A DNA stretch of 59,453 nt from Octopus bimaculoides (GCF_001194135.2 NC_068992.1:3186602-3246054); one strand, 5' to 3'. Counted from the stretch's first letter, positions 1 to 13,479 are shown. The notes: a model not told the origin generated them from the letters alone. Numbers and translations are program-made.

Positions 1-487
1 TATATATATATATATATATATACATGTATACATATATATTTATATGTATATACATATATAATTTTTAGTCTTTCAACATTTTTAACATCTAACATTTTTT
101 TTTTTGTAATTATGTCTTATTTTATTTTGTGTTTTCCATATTTTACATTGCATATTGTTACTATCTGATTTTGATTTTTGCTTAATTTGTTGCTTATCAT
201 TATTTTGTAACTCTGACATACATACATACATACACACACACATATTTATATATATATATATACATATATACACACATAAGAGCGCGCACGCATGTGTTTG
301 TGTGTATGCATGCGTGCGCGTGTGCATAGTTATTTTCATTAGCTGTAAAGTTTTAAACGTTATTGGAGAACCGAGTGTTTTAATCAACTTAAGTTACTTA
401 TGACTTGTATAATTTTACAGCCGTTTAATGTGTGCATACTCAAACGCACAGATACACACACACACACACACACAAACACACACATAC

Positions 488-532
<45 letters not shown>

Positions 533-704
533 TTCAATAATCACACTCACAAACATACACATGTATATGCATCTATATAACTTAATGTTTCGTAGGGATC
601 TTACAGAAACCTACCTCGTCGGGCTCATTTAACCGAATGGAGAGATGAATGAAGTCCAAGATGGCTACCGAAAACTGAACCGCTATCGGTAAAGGCTGGT
701 CACC

Positions 705-762
705 TCGGCAAAGTCGACCTCGGCGAAATACCGTTAAGCAATTTACCCGACGTTCTAACGTT
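705..762 (-). mobile_element. Truncated, internally deleted tRNA-derived SINE (family 1)
   Basis: ggcaaagtcgacctcggcgaaataccgttaagc...cgacgttctaacg matches the reverse complement of the family-1 core and head seen intact at 29192-29407, with the B-box segment missing. Confidence 0.6.
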
Positions 763-1519
763 TGTGTCTAAGCTTTTTTTACTTCTACATAACTGATTGT
801 TATAGAATTATTATTAATTACTTTTCATTAACATAAAGTAGAACAAAACTGATTCTCATTTAAATGTAAGCTGAAAGTAATTACTTGAACAGCTGCAGCA
901 GCAGTAACAAATACAAAATTGATGATAATTATTTAATACAGAGGTTCAATTCCAGGAGCATTCCTAATGTTGCCGTTTCACTCCGCAACAGTACATATAT
1001 ATATGTCTGGTGTAAATGTTAGAGATAGGAATGAAAAGATGTATTTCAATATATTTCAAAGAAAAGGAAAGTAAATAAGTATGTTTAGGCAAATGTCTGA
1101 CATTAATTAAATTAAATAATAAATTTCTGTTATTTTACTGCACTTAGAAAAAAAAAAAGAAACATTATTGATGAAGTAAATACATTATCACTATTACAAC
1201 AGCAACTCTAACTGACACAAAACAGATACCTTCCTATAAAATATATTCTTAAAATGTCACTAAAACAACAAAATTTAATGTTATTTTGTGTTGGGCTGAT
1301 GTTTTTTGTGTTCTTTGTGTGTTATTATTCTTGGGGATGTTGGTCTACTTGTAAGTTTTGTTATTGCATTTGTTGATCTTGTTTTTGTGCTTATATGTTT
1401 TGTTGTTGCTATTGTTGTTGCTGCTGCTGTTGTTTATGATGTTGGAAATGCTCTTTTGGTGGTGATGCAGTGTATTGTGGCGGGATATTTGGCAACTTGT
1501 CAATCTTTCTGCTGCTCAA

Positions 1520-2385
1520 TGTAATTGGACGGTAACCATAGAGAACAGGTGCAGTCTGTCGAGGATGGTTCGTGTCAGAAAAGTCGGAGCAGGCGATATA
1601 TTGTCTGTGTTTGCTTCTACAGTATTTGTATTAGTTTTCTTATGGGGGAAGGGCGCTGCTTCTATAAGGTTTCCTTTGGTGATGGCGTCGGGATATAACC
1701 TTTCGTAATTCTATCTTGATGGTTGGGATTCTTCTACATTATAGGTATTTTTCAAATTTTAGTTACCTGCTTTTGCAAGCATGTAGCCTTAGCGGGGTTT
1801 TGCAAGGTTTTTACCAGCCACCATAACCGCTAATTGAATACTATTTGACATTTAGGTTTATCGGATCGACTATCTTCTTGTGGTTTTCTGTTGCGATCTG
1901 GACAAGGTTTCGAAGCCTATGAGAAGTTTATTTGGCGCAACCTTTACTTAAACTAATCTTTCTCCGTTTGTTCACCACAGCAGTTACCTGATGCCTCTTT
2001 GTAGCCAATATGTCCGCCCGTCGATTTATATACCAGGAGATATTAGGTGAAAGCATCGCCCCTAAACGTAACATTAATGTGTATCTTTGCCTTCACTTCT
2101 AGATGAAATATCACTCGCGCACCGGGCGTCTACGTCACAGTAGATGCACATCAGGAATTTTTCTGCTGAGACATGTGTCAGCTTCTCTACACTCGAGAAT
2201 TTCACCGCTATAACATTCCCTGTACCCTTAAGCTTTTTAAATTCGAGATAATTGCTATGGAGTACCTTTTGTTATCTTTCAGGAGTACCTTTTGTTTCTT
2301 TCAGTTTGCCGTCCATGTTACAAAGGGAGTTTTGCTGTCCGCTGCTTACACTTTGCTTAATATGTCTGACATAGAGACGTAGTTC
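1520..2385 (-). mobile_element. Decayed LINE ORF1 (gag-like) remnant, probably Tx1/L1 clade
   Basis: Minus-strand frames broken by stops give GNVIAVKFSSVEKLTHVSAEK, QVTAVVNKRRK followed by an eroded Cys/His knuckle-like stretch, and ERLYPDAITKGNLIEAAPFP. This resembles mollusc Tx1-type ORF1 from memory only. Confidence 0.4.
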
Positions 2386-3019
2386 TTATTGTAGCTGTTG
2401 TCGTTGCTGTTGTTTTTGGTTCTTGGGGTGACGGTGAATATGTTGGTTGGGGAAGTGGTGACGATGTCGTTGCTGGTGGCGATGATGGAGAGAAGGATGC
2501 TCAATGCGTTAATGTTAGTTGTGGAATTGTTATATTTTTCTTAATAATACTATTAGCATCAGAGCTGTTGTGCGCTTATAACCGTTGCGGGGAAGTGCAG
2601 AGAAAGACATACTTCTAGCGTTACTGTGGTAGCGATAATTTTGTTGCCGATGGTGGACTTTCTTTTGTTTCTGTTTAGTTCTCTTACCTGTTACATTTAC
2701 GATGAAAATGCTAGTTTTCTAGATGATGCTAGAGGAAGTTGTGTCAGTATCGCCATCACTACCGATAACAACGTATAGGCCAGAGCTAGTGGTCGTATGA
2801 GGGTGGTAGTGGGTGTAGTGCAGTTAAAATTTCATCCCACCACACCGCTCTTGTAATCTAGATACGTTATTGTGTTGTTGATATCCAGGAGAGAAAGTAG
2901 AGTTGTAGAGAAAATGGAACTCTTCGAGGGTCGACTGAATAGTTCATAGGCTGTGTGTGTTTGTGTGTGTATATGTATATATATGCTGTGTATATATATG
3001 CACGTATGTATTTATAAGA

Positions 3020-4210
3020 ACTGAGGAATTTATTTCTAGAACAGGCCATGCGGCTCAGATGTTGGTAATATTGAATGTGTGGGCTTTGCGTTGGAAGGGA
3101 ATGTAATGACATTTGAGAGAAAGGTTGGGAGGAACTGTCGAGGATTTAGTGTTATTTTGTGTGGGACATTTAAAGAATGTATAGGGGACATCAGCGTATA
3201 TTATTGTGACATCCTGATAACTCGCTCAGGAACCTGGTCCTAAATGCTTTCAACAGAGTGAGTTTCACTAAAGGCATCTATATGTTAGGAATTAGTATTA
3301 AAACAAAAGGCGTGATAGGAATGTACAACCTTAAAGAAAGAAAAAAAGACAGCTTTTACCTGGTTACCTAGGAACATACATTAACATCAAGTGTGTGACA
3401 ATCAACTGTAGGAGGACTAAGATCAATATGGAGAAGAGAAGAATATAGAGAGAATGAGAGAAATAGAGAGAGTGGGAGAGAGAGTGTGTGTTTGTCCAAT
3501 CAAGTTAAATAGACAGAGTGTAAAAGTGAGAAATAAGCAAAATATTTAGAACCTCCAGATCCACTAAAAGTGATACCAATAAAGGAGAAATGCTTTATTG
3601 GAAAATAACAGGATCAGATAAAGCATAAAAGGGTTTCCACAGGGTGTACTGTCAAGAAATTGAAGACATGGGAAACGACAGTGTTATGGGTTCCTGGTTA
3701 AATATATCAACAATTGTCATTATAGACAACGACAAGTCACTGCATTGAAGACCTTTGACAGGCTTATGGTGTTGTAGAAAGTTTCAGCAGTTGTAATAAC
3801 TTTCTGAAGAACAATAAAAAGGATAGAAAATTACCGGTAATAGATAAAATTTTATACATGGAGAAAATATTGCATCTGGAGCGGGATTGGAATGGAATGA
3901 ATCATGTATCAAAGCAATTTTGACGTAACACAATTTTCTGGAATTTAGAATAACTGGAAATATTTGCTATCGATAATAGAATGGTCCTAAGTTTTGAGTT
4001 AGATTAAATTAAAGAAGATCAAATAACGATCGTTTTTGTTGTTTGTTTGATCCTCCAACATCCAACATTAAATTTAGGATACTACAGACCAAAAGTGTTG
4101 ATGGAATTAATCGCGTAATGTTCAAAAGTGAGATTAACATTGACTCCGAATGTAAAACAGGTGAGAGTGCTTTCGAAATCCACTTGAATTTTCAGCACAG
4201 ATATGAGGAC
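3020..4210 (+). pseudogene. Long decayed reading frame of unknown identity
   Basis: Successive stop- and frameshift-interrupted peptides with normal globular composition: SLRNLVLNAFNRVSFTKGIYMLGISIKTKGVIGMYNLKE; KGEMLYWKITGSDKA*KGFHRVYCQEIEDMG; QAYGVVESFSSCNNFLKNNKKDRKLPVIDKILYMEKILHLERDW; FDPPTSNIKFRILQTKSVDGINRVMFKSEINIDSECK. No family motif recognised. Confidence 0.45.
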
Positions 4211-4219
4211 GTATCTTTT

Positions 4220-4380
4220 ATCTTCTATTTGTTTCAGTCATTAGACTGCGGCCATGCTGGGGCATCGCATTAAAAAATTTTAGCCTAATAAAACGACCCC
4301 CTGTACATTTTTTTAACCCTTATATTCTATCGGTCACTTTTGCCGAACCGCTATTTTACCGTGACATAAACAGACCAACT
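4220..4380 (-). mobile_element. 3' tail fragment of SINE family 2
   Basis: gtttcagtcattagactgcggccatgctgg...tattctatcggtcacttttgccgaaccgct matches the tails at 26600-26750, 34495-34640 and 24850-24995 (reverse complement). Confidence 0.8.
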
Positions 4381-4592
4381 TTTAACGTGTTGTACGTAAA
4401 TATAATTATTACAAAATGTCTTGCACACTTTCTAATTATATTTACATATATATTTTCAGTGTAACGTAGTCCAATGATGAATATTCCGAGGTTTCTGTGA
4501 TATTCCGAGCGCTTGAGGTTCGTTGTATTCATCATTTTTTTTGCCAAGTGAAAATTTTACTATACGCACACGTGCACACACACAGACACACG

Positions 4593-4648
<56 letters not shown>

Positions 4649-4747
4649 CACACTACACACACACTGACATACATATACTTATATATAGAGAGACGGGGAT
4701 GGAGAGAGAGAGGCAGATACAGAGTGAGATTATAATCCTTCCTGCAT

Positions 4748-4818
<71 letters not shown>

Positions 4819-4829
4819 TCAAACGATTG

Positions 4830-5545
4830 ATTCAAACCAGGGATCTTTTAAGGGGAGATCGAGATCCTGAAATGCAAGTCATTGTGCCCTCATCTCATTC
4901 TTTCTTCTTGCCTTATTTCGAAACCTCTGCCACTTCAGATCATTTGTCAACATTGCACAGAGAACTGCAATCATTCATATGCTTGGACGGCAACTATAAA
5001 GCAAAGTGAGCTGCCCTGTCGCTTGTGAGCTAACTTCCAAGAAATGTTGCTGCAAGTTTGTTCCCTGCCTCACGCTGAATTACAGAAGCTACGAATTGTT
5101 ATGTGAACGTGCCTGATACCCAAAACGACATTATTCTATATATTGATGCCACCATCATTAAACAGCTTTCTTCCTAATCCAATGATTTACTGTGGCTGAA
5201 GTTCGTATAGGAGCTTGTAGTCCATTGTTCGTGATCCTTGCTAGTCATAAACCGAATATTATATTCAATAAGTATCAGTGTTTGATTGTAGAAGTCAGAA
5301 GTAACTCTAACTGGAGCTTCTACTTTTTTTACAATCGTTATGCTGGATAAAATGTCTTCTGTCATTGCTTTCTTAGACATTAATTCAAAGTTGCTGAGTG
5401 TTGGAACGTGTACAGGCACAGAAAATAATAATAAACAGGCTTCTCATACTGTTCGAAGAATGAAACAGCAGTCACTTCCAAAGTATTATACCAACATACA
5501 TCATCTTCGAATAGATATTTTCTGTAGCAGGTTCCATTGCATGTT

Positions 5546-5550
<5 letters not shown>
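4830..5550 (-). mobile_element. Helitron Rep/helicase (Pif1-like) remnant
   Basis: Minus strand gives LFEDDVCWYNTLEVTAVS, KKAMTEDIL...FYNQTLILIEY and CNVDK*SEVAEV...*DEGTM. These follow in order the Helitron motifs LLEDDxHWxxTLEEAA, ESMTEDIL, YNxALILIED and CNISKxS..IVWDECTM upstream of and within the SF1 helicase. Many stops. Confidence 0.75.
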
Positions 5551-5601
<51 letters not shown>

Positions 5602-6394
5602 ATAAGGTTAGACAATAAATATTGCACAGGAGCCCACTACCTATTACTAGATTGAAACACCCTACTAACGTTCCGAAGGTGTGATTTTCAAATATGGGAA
5701 TTTAATAAATATCTTATCTTCAAAAACTTAACCGGTTGTTTCAAATAACATATAAAGTAGTAAGCAATTTAATCTTCTGTTGATTCATACTTGTATTTGT
5801 ATAGATTTATATCAAATACTGCATCAGTATTTCTAACAACATTCACACACAAGGATTCTTCACACAATATGAAAAGAAGGACAATATACATTGGAATGCT
5901 GCTGTTATTAAAATTCTTCATTTAAATTCATATTTTCGATAAGTTAGTATGTGGTAGCAAATACTACGGAAGATAGAAAATAACTTATTCTCCCATTTCT
6001 TCTCATTTAAGATGGTTCCTACTTGTAAAATATTCAGGCAATCTGCTCTATGAATAACATTGTAAATTTAGATAAAATTTCAAATATAGAAATATATTCG
6101 AACATTATAAAAATTAACAATTTGATTTAAGAGCATAATTTTCTAACATTCATGAGGTATATAGATGTGTGTGTGTGTGTGTGTTTGTGTAAATGTCTTT
6201 TTGTACACGACACAAACACACCTATATATACAGAAACATACACACATACAAATGTGTAAGAATTTATAAGCTTTCGAGAGAAGGCAAAATAACTTTTTGG
6301 AGAATTGGATTTCGAAGCGGATGATAAAGCTCTAAATAAGAGAATGTAAATATTCGGTAGAAAAACCGTTTTGAATTTTAGAAAAAAAAATCGA

Positions 6395-6466
6395 CGGCTA
6401 CCTGTGTGTCTTGAACCCACAACCCCTGGACACATGACAGGCGTTCTACCACTGGATCAAGGTAAT
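6395..6466 (-). pseudogene. tRNA-like pseudogene or tRNA-derived SINE head
   Basis: The minus strand is cloverleaf length: acceptor TTACCT/AGGTAG, D-loop AGTGGTA, anticodon arm CCTGT-CATGTGT-CCAGG, T-arm GTGGG-TTCAAGA-CACAC. Several stem mismatches and A instead of U33 make it non-functional. A related 5' half lies on the + strand at 6716-6785. Confidence 0.55.
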
Positions 6467-7899
6467 GCTTTGAAATCCTCTGGTCATTTTCGAAACAAAC
6501 ATTATTCCTACCGGCAAAAGTTGCATGTTGTTGATGTCAAGACAATTTTTAAAATTTCGAGAGAACGTTATTTATAGCTTTATATGTGTTTCAAGATCGA
6601 ATCCCAAAAATGAATTCACATTCTCCAGAAAGTTTATAAATTCTTATGATGTGAACAACATTCAATTCTTGCTGGCAAGAATTAGGCTTCTAAAATGCAG
6701 GAACCATTCGAAAGACTGCTTCAGTCCAGTGGTAGAGCGCCTATCATATGCACAGGAGCGCCTGTCATATGCAAGCGAGTCCCTTGAACAGTTTTCGAAT
6801 TTTTCTGTCAGAAAAGTTTTTTTTAAACGAATATTTACGTGCTATTATTGTTATATTTGTTTCATATATGTAAAAGTTTTCACATTTAAGTTGAGCAACC
6901 AAATCGTTCTGTGTATTGTGTTTCTCTCATCAGCCGTGGTTAACTGACTCCTAATATTAGTATGTAATACAAATTGCATAATACGCATGACTAAATTGTC
7001 ATTATCACCCATGACAATTCTTGCAAGCTGTTGAGTCAATTGCAAACAATGGAATAAATACAACGCCATAAACTTCGCTCTTAACTTATTTTACATATGG
7101 GTGTGTTTGTTTGTGTTTATAAATGTGCATTTATGTACACATGTATGTACATATGTATGTATGTTTGTGTGTGTGTTTGTGTATGTGTAAATGTTAATAC
7201 ACCATAAACGAAAACATCAATGACAAATTCAAATGTGAGTGATAAATCACAGCTTCAGGTAGCACCCTCACATAACAATTTGCTTGAATTTATATATGTA
7301 GCTGTTTTGTATTCAGGCCTCGATCAACTTTGACCAATCAAATCTACTCCTACAGTGACCAACCAGTTTTCTTATATATGACATTATATTGTCTTATGTG
7401 TCTTTCCATTCTCACGATAGTAGTCAGCTATTTTAATCAAACGACAGCTTCGGCTCGTATATAAAATTTAATGCGTGTGTATGTCTGTACGTATGTGTGT
7501 GTATCTCAGTGAATGAGTGTAAGACATATATGCATATTCAAACAAAGCAGATAGTGGGTCGTTTGCATGATTGACTTAGCATGTATATATGATTGCATTT
7601 TCCTGGGTATGAAAATATCCTATGAGAAGAAATTACCTTACAAATTTTTCAGCTCTTGCATCTGTATTGTACGATTAATCAAACACATTTATAGAGTTGT
7701 TTTAGTTTTGCCTGTTTCTGAATTCTGGATACTGAATACATGTTTCTGAATACTTTAGGAATATGTTTAGGTGGTTTAGACTTACGCAGTCTTCACCTGC
7801 ATGTTCTTATTCATATACAAAAGTGAACATTCGTGTTTTTATAGGCGACGCTTTCGATTGTCAAACTCTAATTCAATGCCCTTCGGAGTATGAGTGTTC

Positions 7900-7957
<58 letters not shown>

Positions 7958-8548
7958 CGTGTGCGTGTGCGTGTGTGTGTAGAGAGAGAGAGAGAAATGT
8001 GTGCATGTGTATTTTGTTATCATTTCACTTGTCACATATACAAAACACACATTTCTTATTAATGGAGATTAATGTAATATTTTCATTTGCTAAAAGATTT
8101 ATACACATCTTTAACTGATCTAATTTCTGTTAAGTTGAAAATATTTTAGGTTCAGTAAACATTTCAGCTTCTGTTTTATATATCACATAAAAGAGTGCGC
8201 AATGGCGTTGCTTTCATATAGGTGTTAGCTATTAAACACACCACAGAAACAAACGAAAATATATACAAGGAAAATAAAATAAATTCAAGAAAATAAGGTG
8301 TGAATTTCTAATCTAATATATTTCTTGAGATGTCAAGATATTTGAAACAACCATAACACACGGAATGAAATTAGTAACAATCATACGATTCCCATACACA
8401 TACACGCACACACATATAATGTATATGTATTATGTATAAATATATATGCATATATGCGTGTGTTTGTACATGTGTGTGTGTGTGTGCATGAATGTATACA
8501 TGCATTTTTGTGTGTAGTGTACGTCTATATGAATGCATGTATGCTTGT

Positions 8549-8950
8549 ATGGATAGGACCGAAGCTTTTGAAATTTGGCTTAAGTTGCGTCATTTGAATG
8601 ATCCCAATATTACATATGTTGAATAAAATAGAGATTATAGAGGTGTGCGGGGGTGGATGATAGTAATATGGGTAGACCTTGATTGTAAAGGCGAGAGATA
8701 CGTAAAATAGATGGAGATCAATTCAATGTGTTGAGTTTTAAAGACTTTTGGTATGTCGCCGTAATGAATATTACGTTGACAGATATTTCAAAGTAGTTTC
8801 AAAATATTCAAAGTAGCAAAGCAAAAATATTCTCATGGTAATAAGAGGAAAGATTGATAGACTAGATACTGAAGTGTGTGATAAGTGAACGTTTCAGAGA
8901 ATATCAAAGATCACCACTGCATACATCAAACAAAGTTAGAAATTGAATGA
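8549..8950 (+). pseudogene. Possible decayed reading frame of unknown identity
   Basis: MDRTEAFEIWLKLRHLNDPNITYVE*NRDYRGVRGWMIVIWVDLDCKGERYVK, then after a frameshift IDGDQFNVLSFKDFWYVAVMNITLTDISK. It is non-repetitive and less AT-rich than its flanks. No motif recognised. Confidence 0.3.
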
Positions 8951-9308
8951 TTGAATGAAGAGAGGAAGGAAATTGGGAATAATATGAAAGATTCAAAATT
9001 ATTTTTTTAAAGTAAAAGGAATTTTTTTAAAACGAAACAAACCCATTGTCTCTCTTTGTATTTTGAAATTCTTTTGAGAGACGTCGTATCTTCTATACTT
9101 CAAATTTATCAGCGGAGAATATTTCTGAGAAACTGATAAGGAGAAAATGCGAATATATATATATAGGCATGTATATGGTTGTGTGTGAGTATGTGTGTAC
9201 GTATGGATGGATATGTGTGTATGTGTGTGTCTATTATGTACGAGTATATGTGCATGTCAGGGTGTGTATGAGTATGTTGATATGTAGGTATATGTATATA
9301 TACATATA

Positions 9309-9341
<33 letters not shown>

Positions 9342-9346
9342 TCACA

Positions 9347-9377
<31 letters not shown>

Positions 9378-9504
9378 TCATATATATATACATATATACA
9401 TACACATACGCCCACATCCACACCCACGCACACATACATACACACCTATATACATATGTATATTATGCATATACATACGTATTCACACACGCACACACAC
9501 ACTC

Positions 9505-9569
<65 letters not shown>

Positions 9570-9729
9570 AAGTTTTAAAAGGCTTTTTGAAAAAAAATGT
9601 CGATACTGTCACAATATTTGCTAAAAAGATTATTAAATTTAAAAATATGAATTCTGTAAATTTTTCTTTGAAAAAAAATAATGGTACAAACCTTATGAAA
9701 GGAAGTCTTTGCTTTCACTATTTTCAGTT

Positions 9730-12550
9730 CTTCGAACACAAATATTATAAGATAATCCGTAGAAAGGTAGCTATTTTAGTAGTAGCGTTGATTAATTCGG
9801 TCTAGTAATGGATTTAGAATTCTCGTACAGTATTCTTTTGCATGTCGTAATTGATATTTTCCTTTATTTTGAAAATGAAATAAAATATTTTGAATTTTCC
9901 AGTTGCACAAATGTCCACTGCATGAAACATTTCTAACATACGTATCTTTGATTTGTTTCTGATGCATACTTGTCCAGTCTATTCATTTTCAACCTGTTTG
10001 TCCGATATAATTTCCATTGCAGTGGGAGTATGTGATGCAGTAAATGAGACTTTTTTTGCTTTGCAGTTAATATTTACATTATCTTTTAATTCCTTCCTAT
10101 TCTTGAATTTGTTGGTTCACTCTATTCAATTAATTCACAACCGGTGTCTTCCACATTCTTATCTGCATTGTTTCTTCTGATGTGAATTTTGCTTTTGTTG
10201 ACAGATTTTTAAGATTTGAGGTTGCCTTCGGATTTTGATAATGTATTTTCATTATTTTTCTTTAATCTTTACTTCTTTTTCTTTGATTTAAGGATTCGTG
10301 TACAATCCCTTAATATAATTTACCGAATGTAAAATATTGTGGTTTCAGGAACTATGGGTGACTACAAAGGAAATGTTTCTGTTTTCGTTTTCCCTATCAT
10401 TGTGAGTATTTCTTCAGATTTCAGAGACATGGATTTCTTTAGTTTTAGTTGAGACATAATTTGCTAAGTTTCTCCGATATTTTTCTCTGAAGGAATATTT
10501 AAAAGTCCTTAGTTATTCCCTTACCATATTAAATAATATGCAAGTTCTTTCTTACTCCTGTTCCAGATTTCATGAAGTAGTCATCCAGAAATCTTTTGCA
10601 TGTTTTCTTTGAATAGGATTAGAAATGCTGATCAAAATAATCCAGGATCGGACATAAACTATTCTTCTAAAAATCCAAGCATTAGTGTTGCAAGCACTTT
10701 TATTTGCAGGTAAATTGGTTATCAAAAAAATAGTCGTTTTCTAGCACCAGTCTTAATCTTTCAAGTATGAATTCTTCTATAAATCTTTCCTGAATTGTAT
10801 TTGGATTTTTGTCTGTCCAGAATTCCACTGCCTCCAGATCTAATCCATAGGTATTGTGTCGAAATTTGTCACGTCAACAATAACCAGGATCATCTCTCTG
10901 CTGAATCTTTCTAGAACGTGATTTAGTAAGTTCATGCCATCTCTGATTAAACAACGGATTTATTTGTATAATGGTTTTAATATGATGCCAAGTAAATCTT
11001 TTAATTGTTGGTTGTTCGATGTTGGTCCCGAAACGATCGGACGTGATTTTAAATCAGACGGTTTGACAATCATTACAGATGGTGTAAGGAAGTTCATTAA
11101 GCTGTTTTATTACTCTTTAGATTGATGAGTCATTTGTAATTCATAAAAGTTTCTCATTCTTCCTGAAAGTTAATTTGACAATCGAACATCTTTCCCATTA
11201 TTTTTTTTTAAATTTGTCTGTAAATTACCAATCTTGTTCATTAGCTGTTTATGTGCATTTGTTTCTAATATTTTCATAGAAATGTTGTTCATTCATTTCT
11301 TCTATGTCCGTTTCCCTGCTATGGATTTTGTCAGCCTCTTTAGTGAGAATCTTTCTATAAACATTCCTATCATTTTTGTTCTTCATTTGTAATGTTTGAA
11401 AGTGTGCGCTTTGTTGGAATGTTTGAGTTTGCTGATCTTTTTACAGGCGCCATATATTCTTCTGTTTATTTCTTTTCCTCGGAGGCTTTAATCCTACTTT
11501 GTCTGTTTGTTTTTGTTTTTTATACAAGAAATAGATCTTCGTAAAATTTCATTTAGAAGAAATCTAAAATTTCGACAAAGTTTCTCAGTATCTTTTATAA
11601 AATCTGATGTGTCAGGTTTTGGAATTGGTGAGAATTTAAGTCCATATTCAAAAAGTCTTATTTCATTTTTTATGAGCTTTCCTTGAGATAAATTTATTAC
11701 TTTTGGATCAGCTGCTTCAGCATTCCCTTAAATTCGGATATCATTCTTTGAGAGCTGTGAAGTCTTCAAAATGTAGAAACAGGAATAAGGATAATAAATT
11801 AAATAACATGATAATATTGGTTCTATCGACCAAATTATCAAAAGTTCTTATACATCTCTTCTCGGAATGGGTTTCCATTTTTACTCTGACTGCGTCCTGC
11901 TCTTCCACTTATTCCTGATTTTTTTTTTCACTGTATCATCATTCCACCCTCTCGGATGTCTTTGGAGTGGTTTCTTCCGATTTCTTGCTGAACACTCACC
12001 AATTGCACGACCCTGTCTCTTGCATGTGAACCTTGTGACATGTTCTACTTAATGCTTTCGATATTCTGTAATCACATCGGCCACGCAACTAGGTTCTCAG
12101 AATATTTTGTCAGATTCCTGAAATGGTATTCCTAGCATGGATCTCTTAGAGGCCCTCTGCTTTGTAGCTAATCATTTTTCTTCTTTCTTTGTTAATATCC
12201 TACATCTCACTTGCGTTTAATAGTACAGGCAGGACTGTTCTACTGAAAAGATAGTCTTATCCAGTTGTGATTTGGGTATGTATTTGTTCGATGCTAAATT
12301 TTCCACCTTGCTCGTATTCTGCGCCAATATTTCAGCGTTCATGTCCTGGCATATAAACTACCTTTCTCAAGTTGACCAACTCCTTCACCTCCTCAGTTTC
12401 ATCGCTTCCCCAACGATTCGGCTTTCTGTTGTTTTCGAAACGTATGTATTTTGTTTCCATGCTGTTTATTTTGAAGCTTACTACTGAGTTCTAGGTATCA
12501 AGCTCTGCAGATAATCTGAATTTTTTGCGATGGTCACGGCATCGTTGCGA
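9730..12550 (-). mobile_element. Penelope-like element, near full length, decayed (RT + GIY-YIG endonuclease)
   Basis: Ordered minus-strand motifs: VINLSQGKLIKNEIRLFEYGLKFSPIPKP; ILVIVDVTNF (RT motif A region); FIEEFILERLRLVLENDYFF-DNQF-LQIK..ATLMLGFLEE; RFLDDYFM (YxDD motif); C-terminal HQKQIKD...SCSGH...LRHAKEY...LNPLL typical of PLE GIY-YIG ends. Many stops and frameshifts. Confidence 0.85.
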
Positions 12551-13479
12551 ATCTGAGGTCTTTTAGTACCTCACCGTTTATGATGGTGCCACTTTTTCAA
12601 TCAACGTCACTGAGAGATATTCCAAGATGTGTTTGACGACTCTCTCTCTCTCTCTCGACTGTAATTCTTACGGATAATGAAAGTAGAGTTATATCGGTAA
12701 TAAACTTGGAGTTCATCTCCCTATATTGTTTTGATACCTTGTACATTCAGAGATTTGATTATTTTAGTTTTACGTTTCAAAGGCGTAGCTCAGCAGCTGA
12801 AATATTATATTAGACTATCGCTTCTATCCAAATTTAATTTCTGATATGATCATATCTTCCCTCTTATACTGATAAAATAAGCATCACTTATCTACCACTA
12901 GGGTCTCTGTTACAACAAAATAAATTATTTATGTTTAAATGGCACTAGTAATCAACGTTAGGATTGAATTTTATGACTTGCTTTGCGTCAAGAAGACGTT
13001 CCATTAAAACACATATCTCGTTTGATCTACAGTATTGTAGTGACAATATAGTTATTATCATGTAAGATTATTAACGTCTGTCAGATATCAGACGTTTCCT
13101 CTCTGCACATTTTATTCAACGTTTCTATCCCTGACAATCTGTCGGGAAGAGGTGGAAAAACTAACGGCAAGAGACAAAGTTACTCTTTCAGTGAACTCTT
13201 AATATCTCATCCTTTTAAAGTTACCACCCATTGAACTCAGTATTACATATTTTATCTCTTTATTGATTCAGACTAAATTGTTATTACTCTTAATAAAGGC
13301 ATTCATTCACATTATACAGGAATATATACGATGTGTAACGTATAAAAATCGTAAGACATGAATTTCTGTTGACCTTGCAAACGTAATTATTTTATCAATT
13401 ATTTCATACTTTATGACTTTAAAATATATTTATGATGCATAAATAATACGAGATAAAATTCTGAAATACGTAGTTGTCC

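Noticed and set aside
595-688. Possible exon gtttcgtAG...MNEVQDGYRKLNRY...GTaaag
   Set aside because: All three frames contain stops before the ATG, the splice signals are moderate and no homology is recognised.
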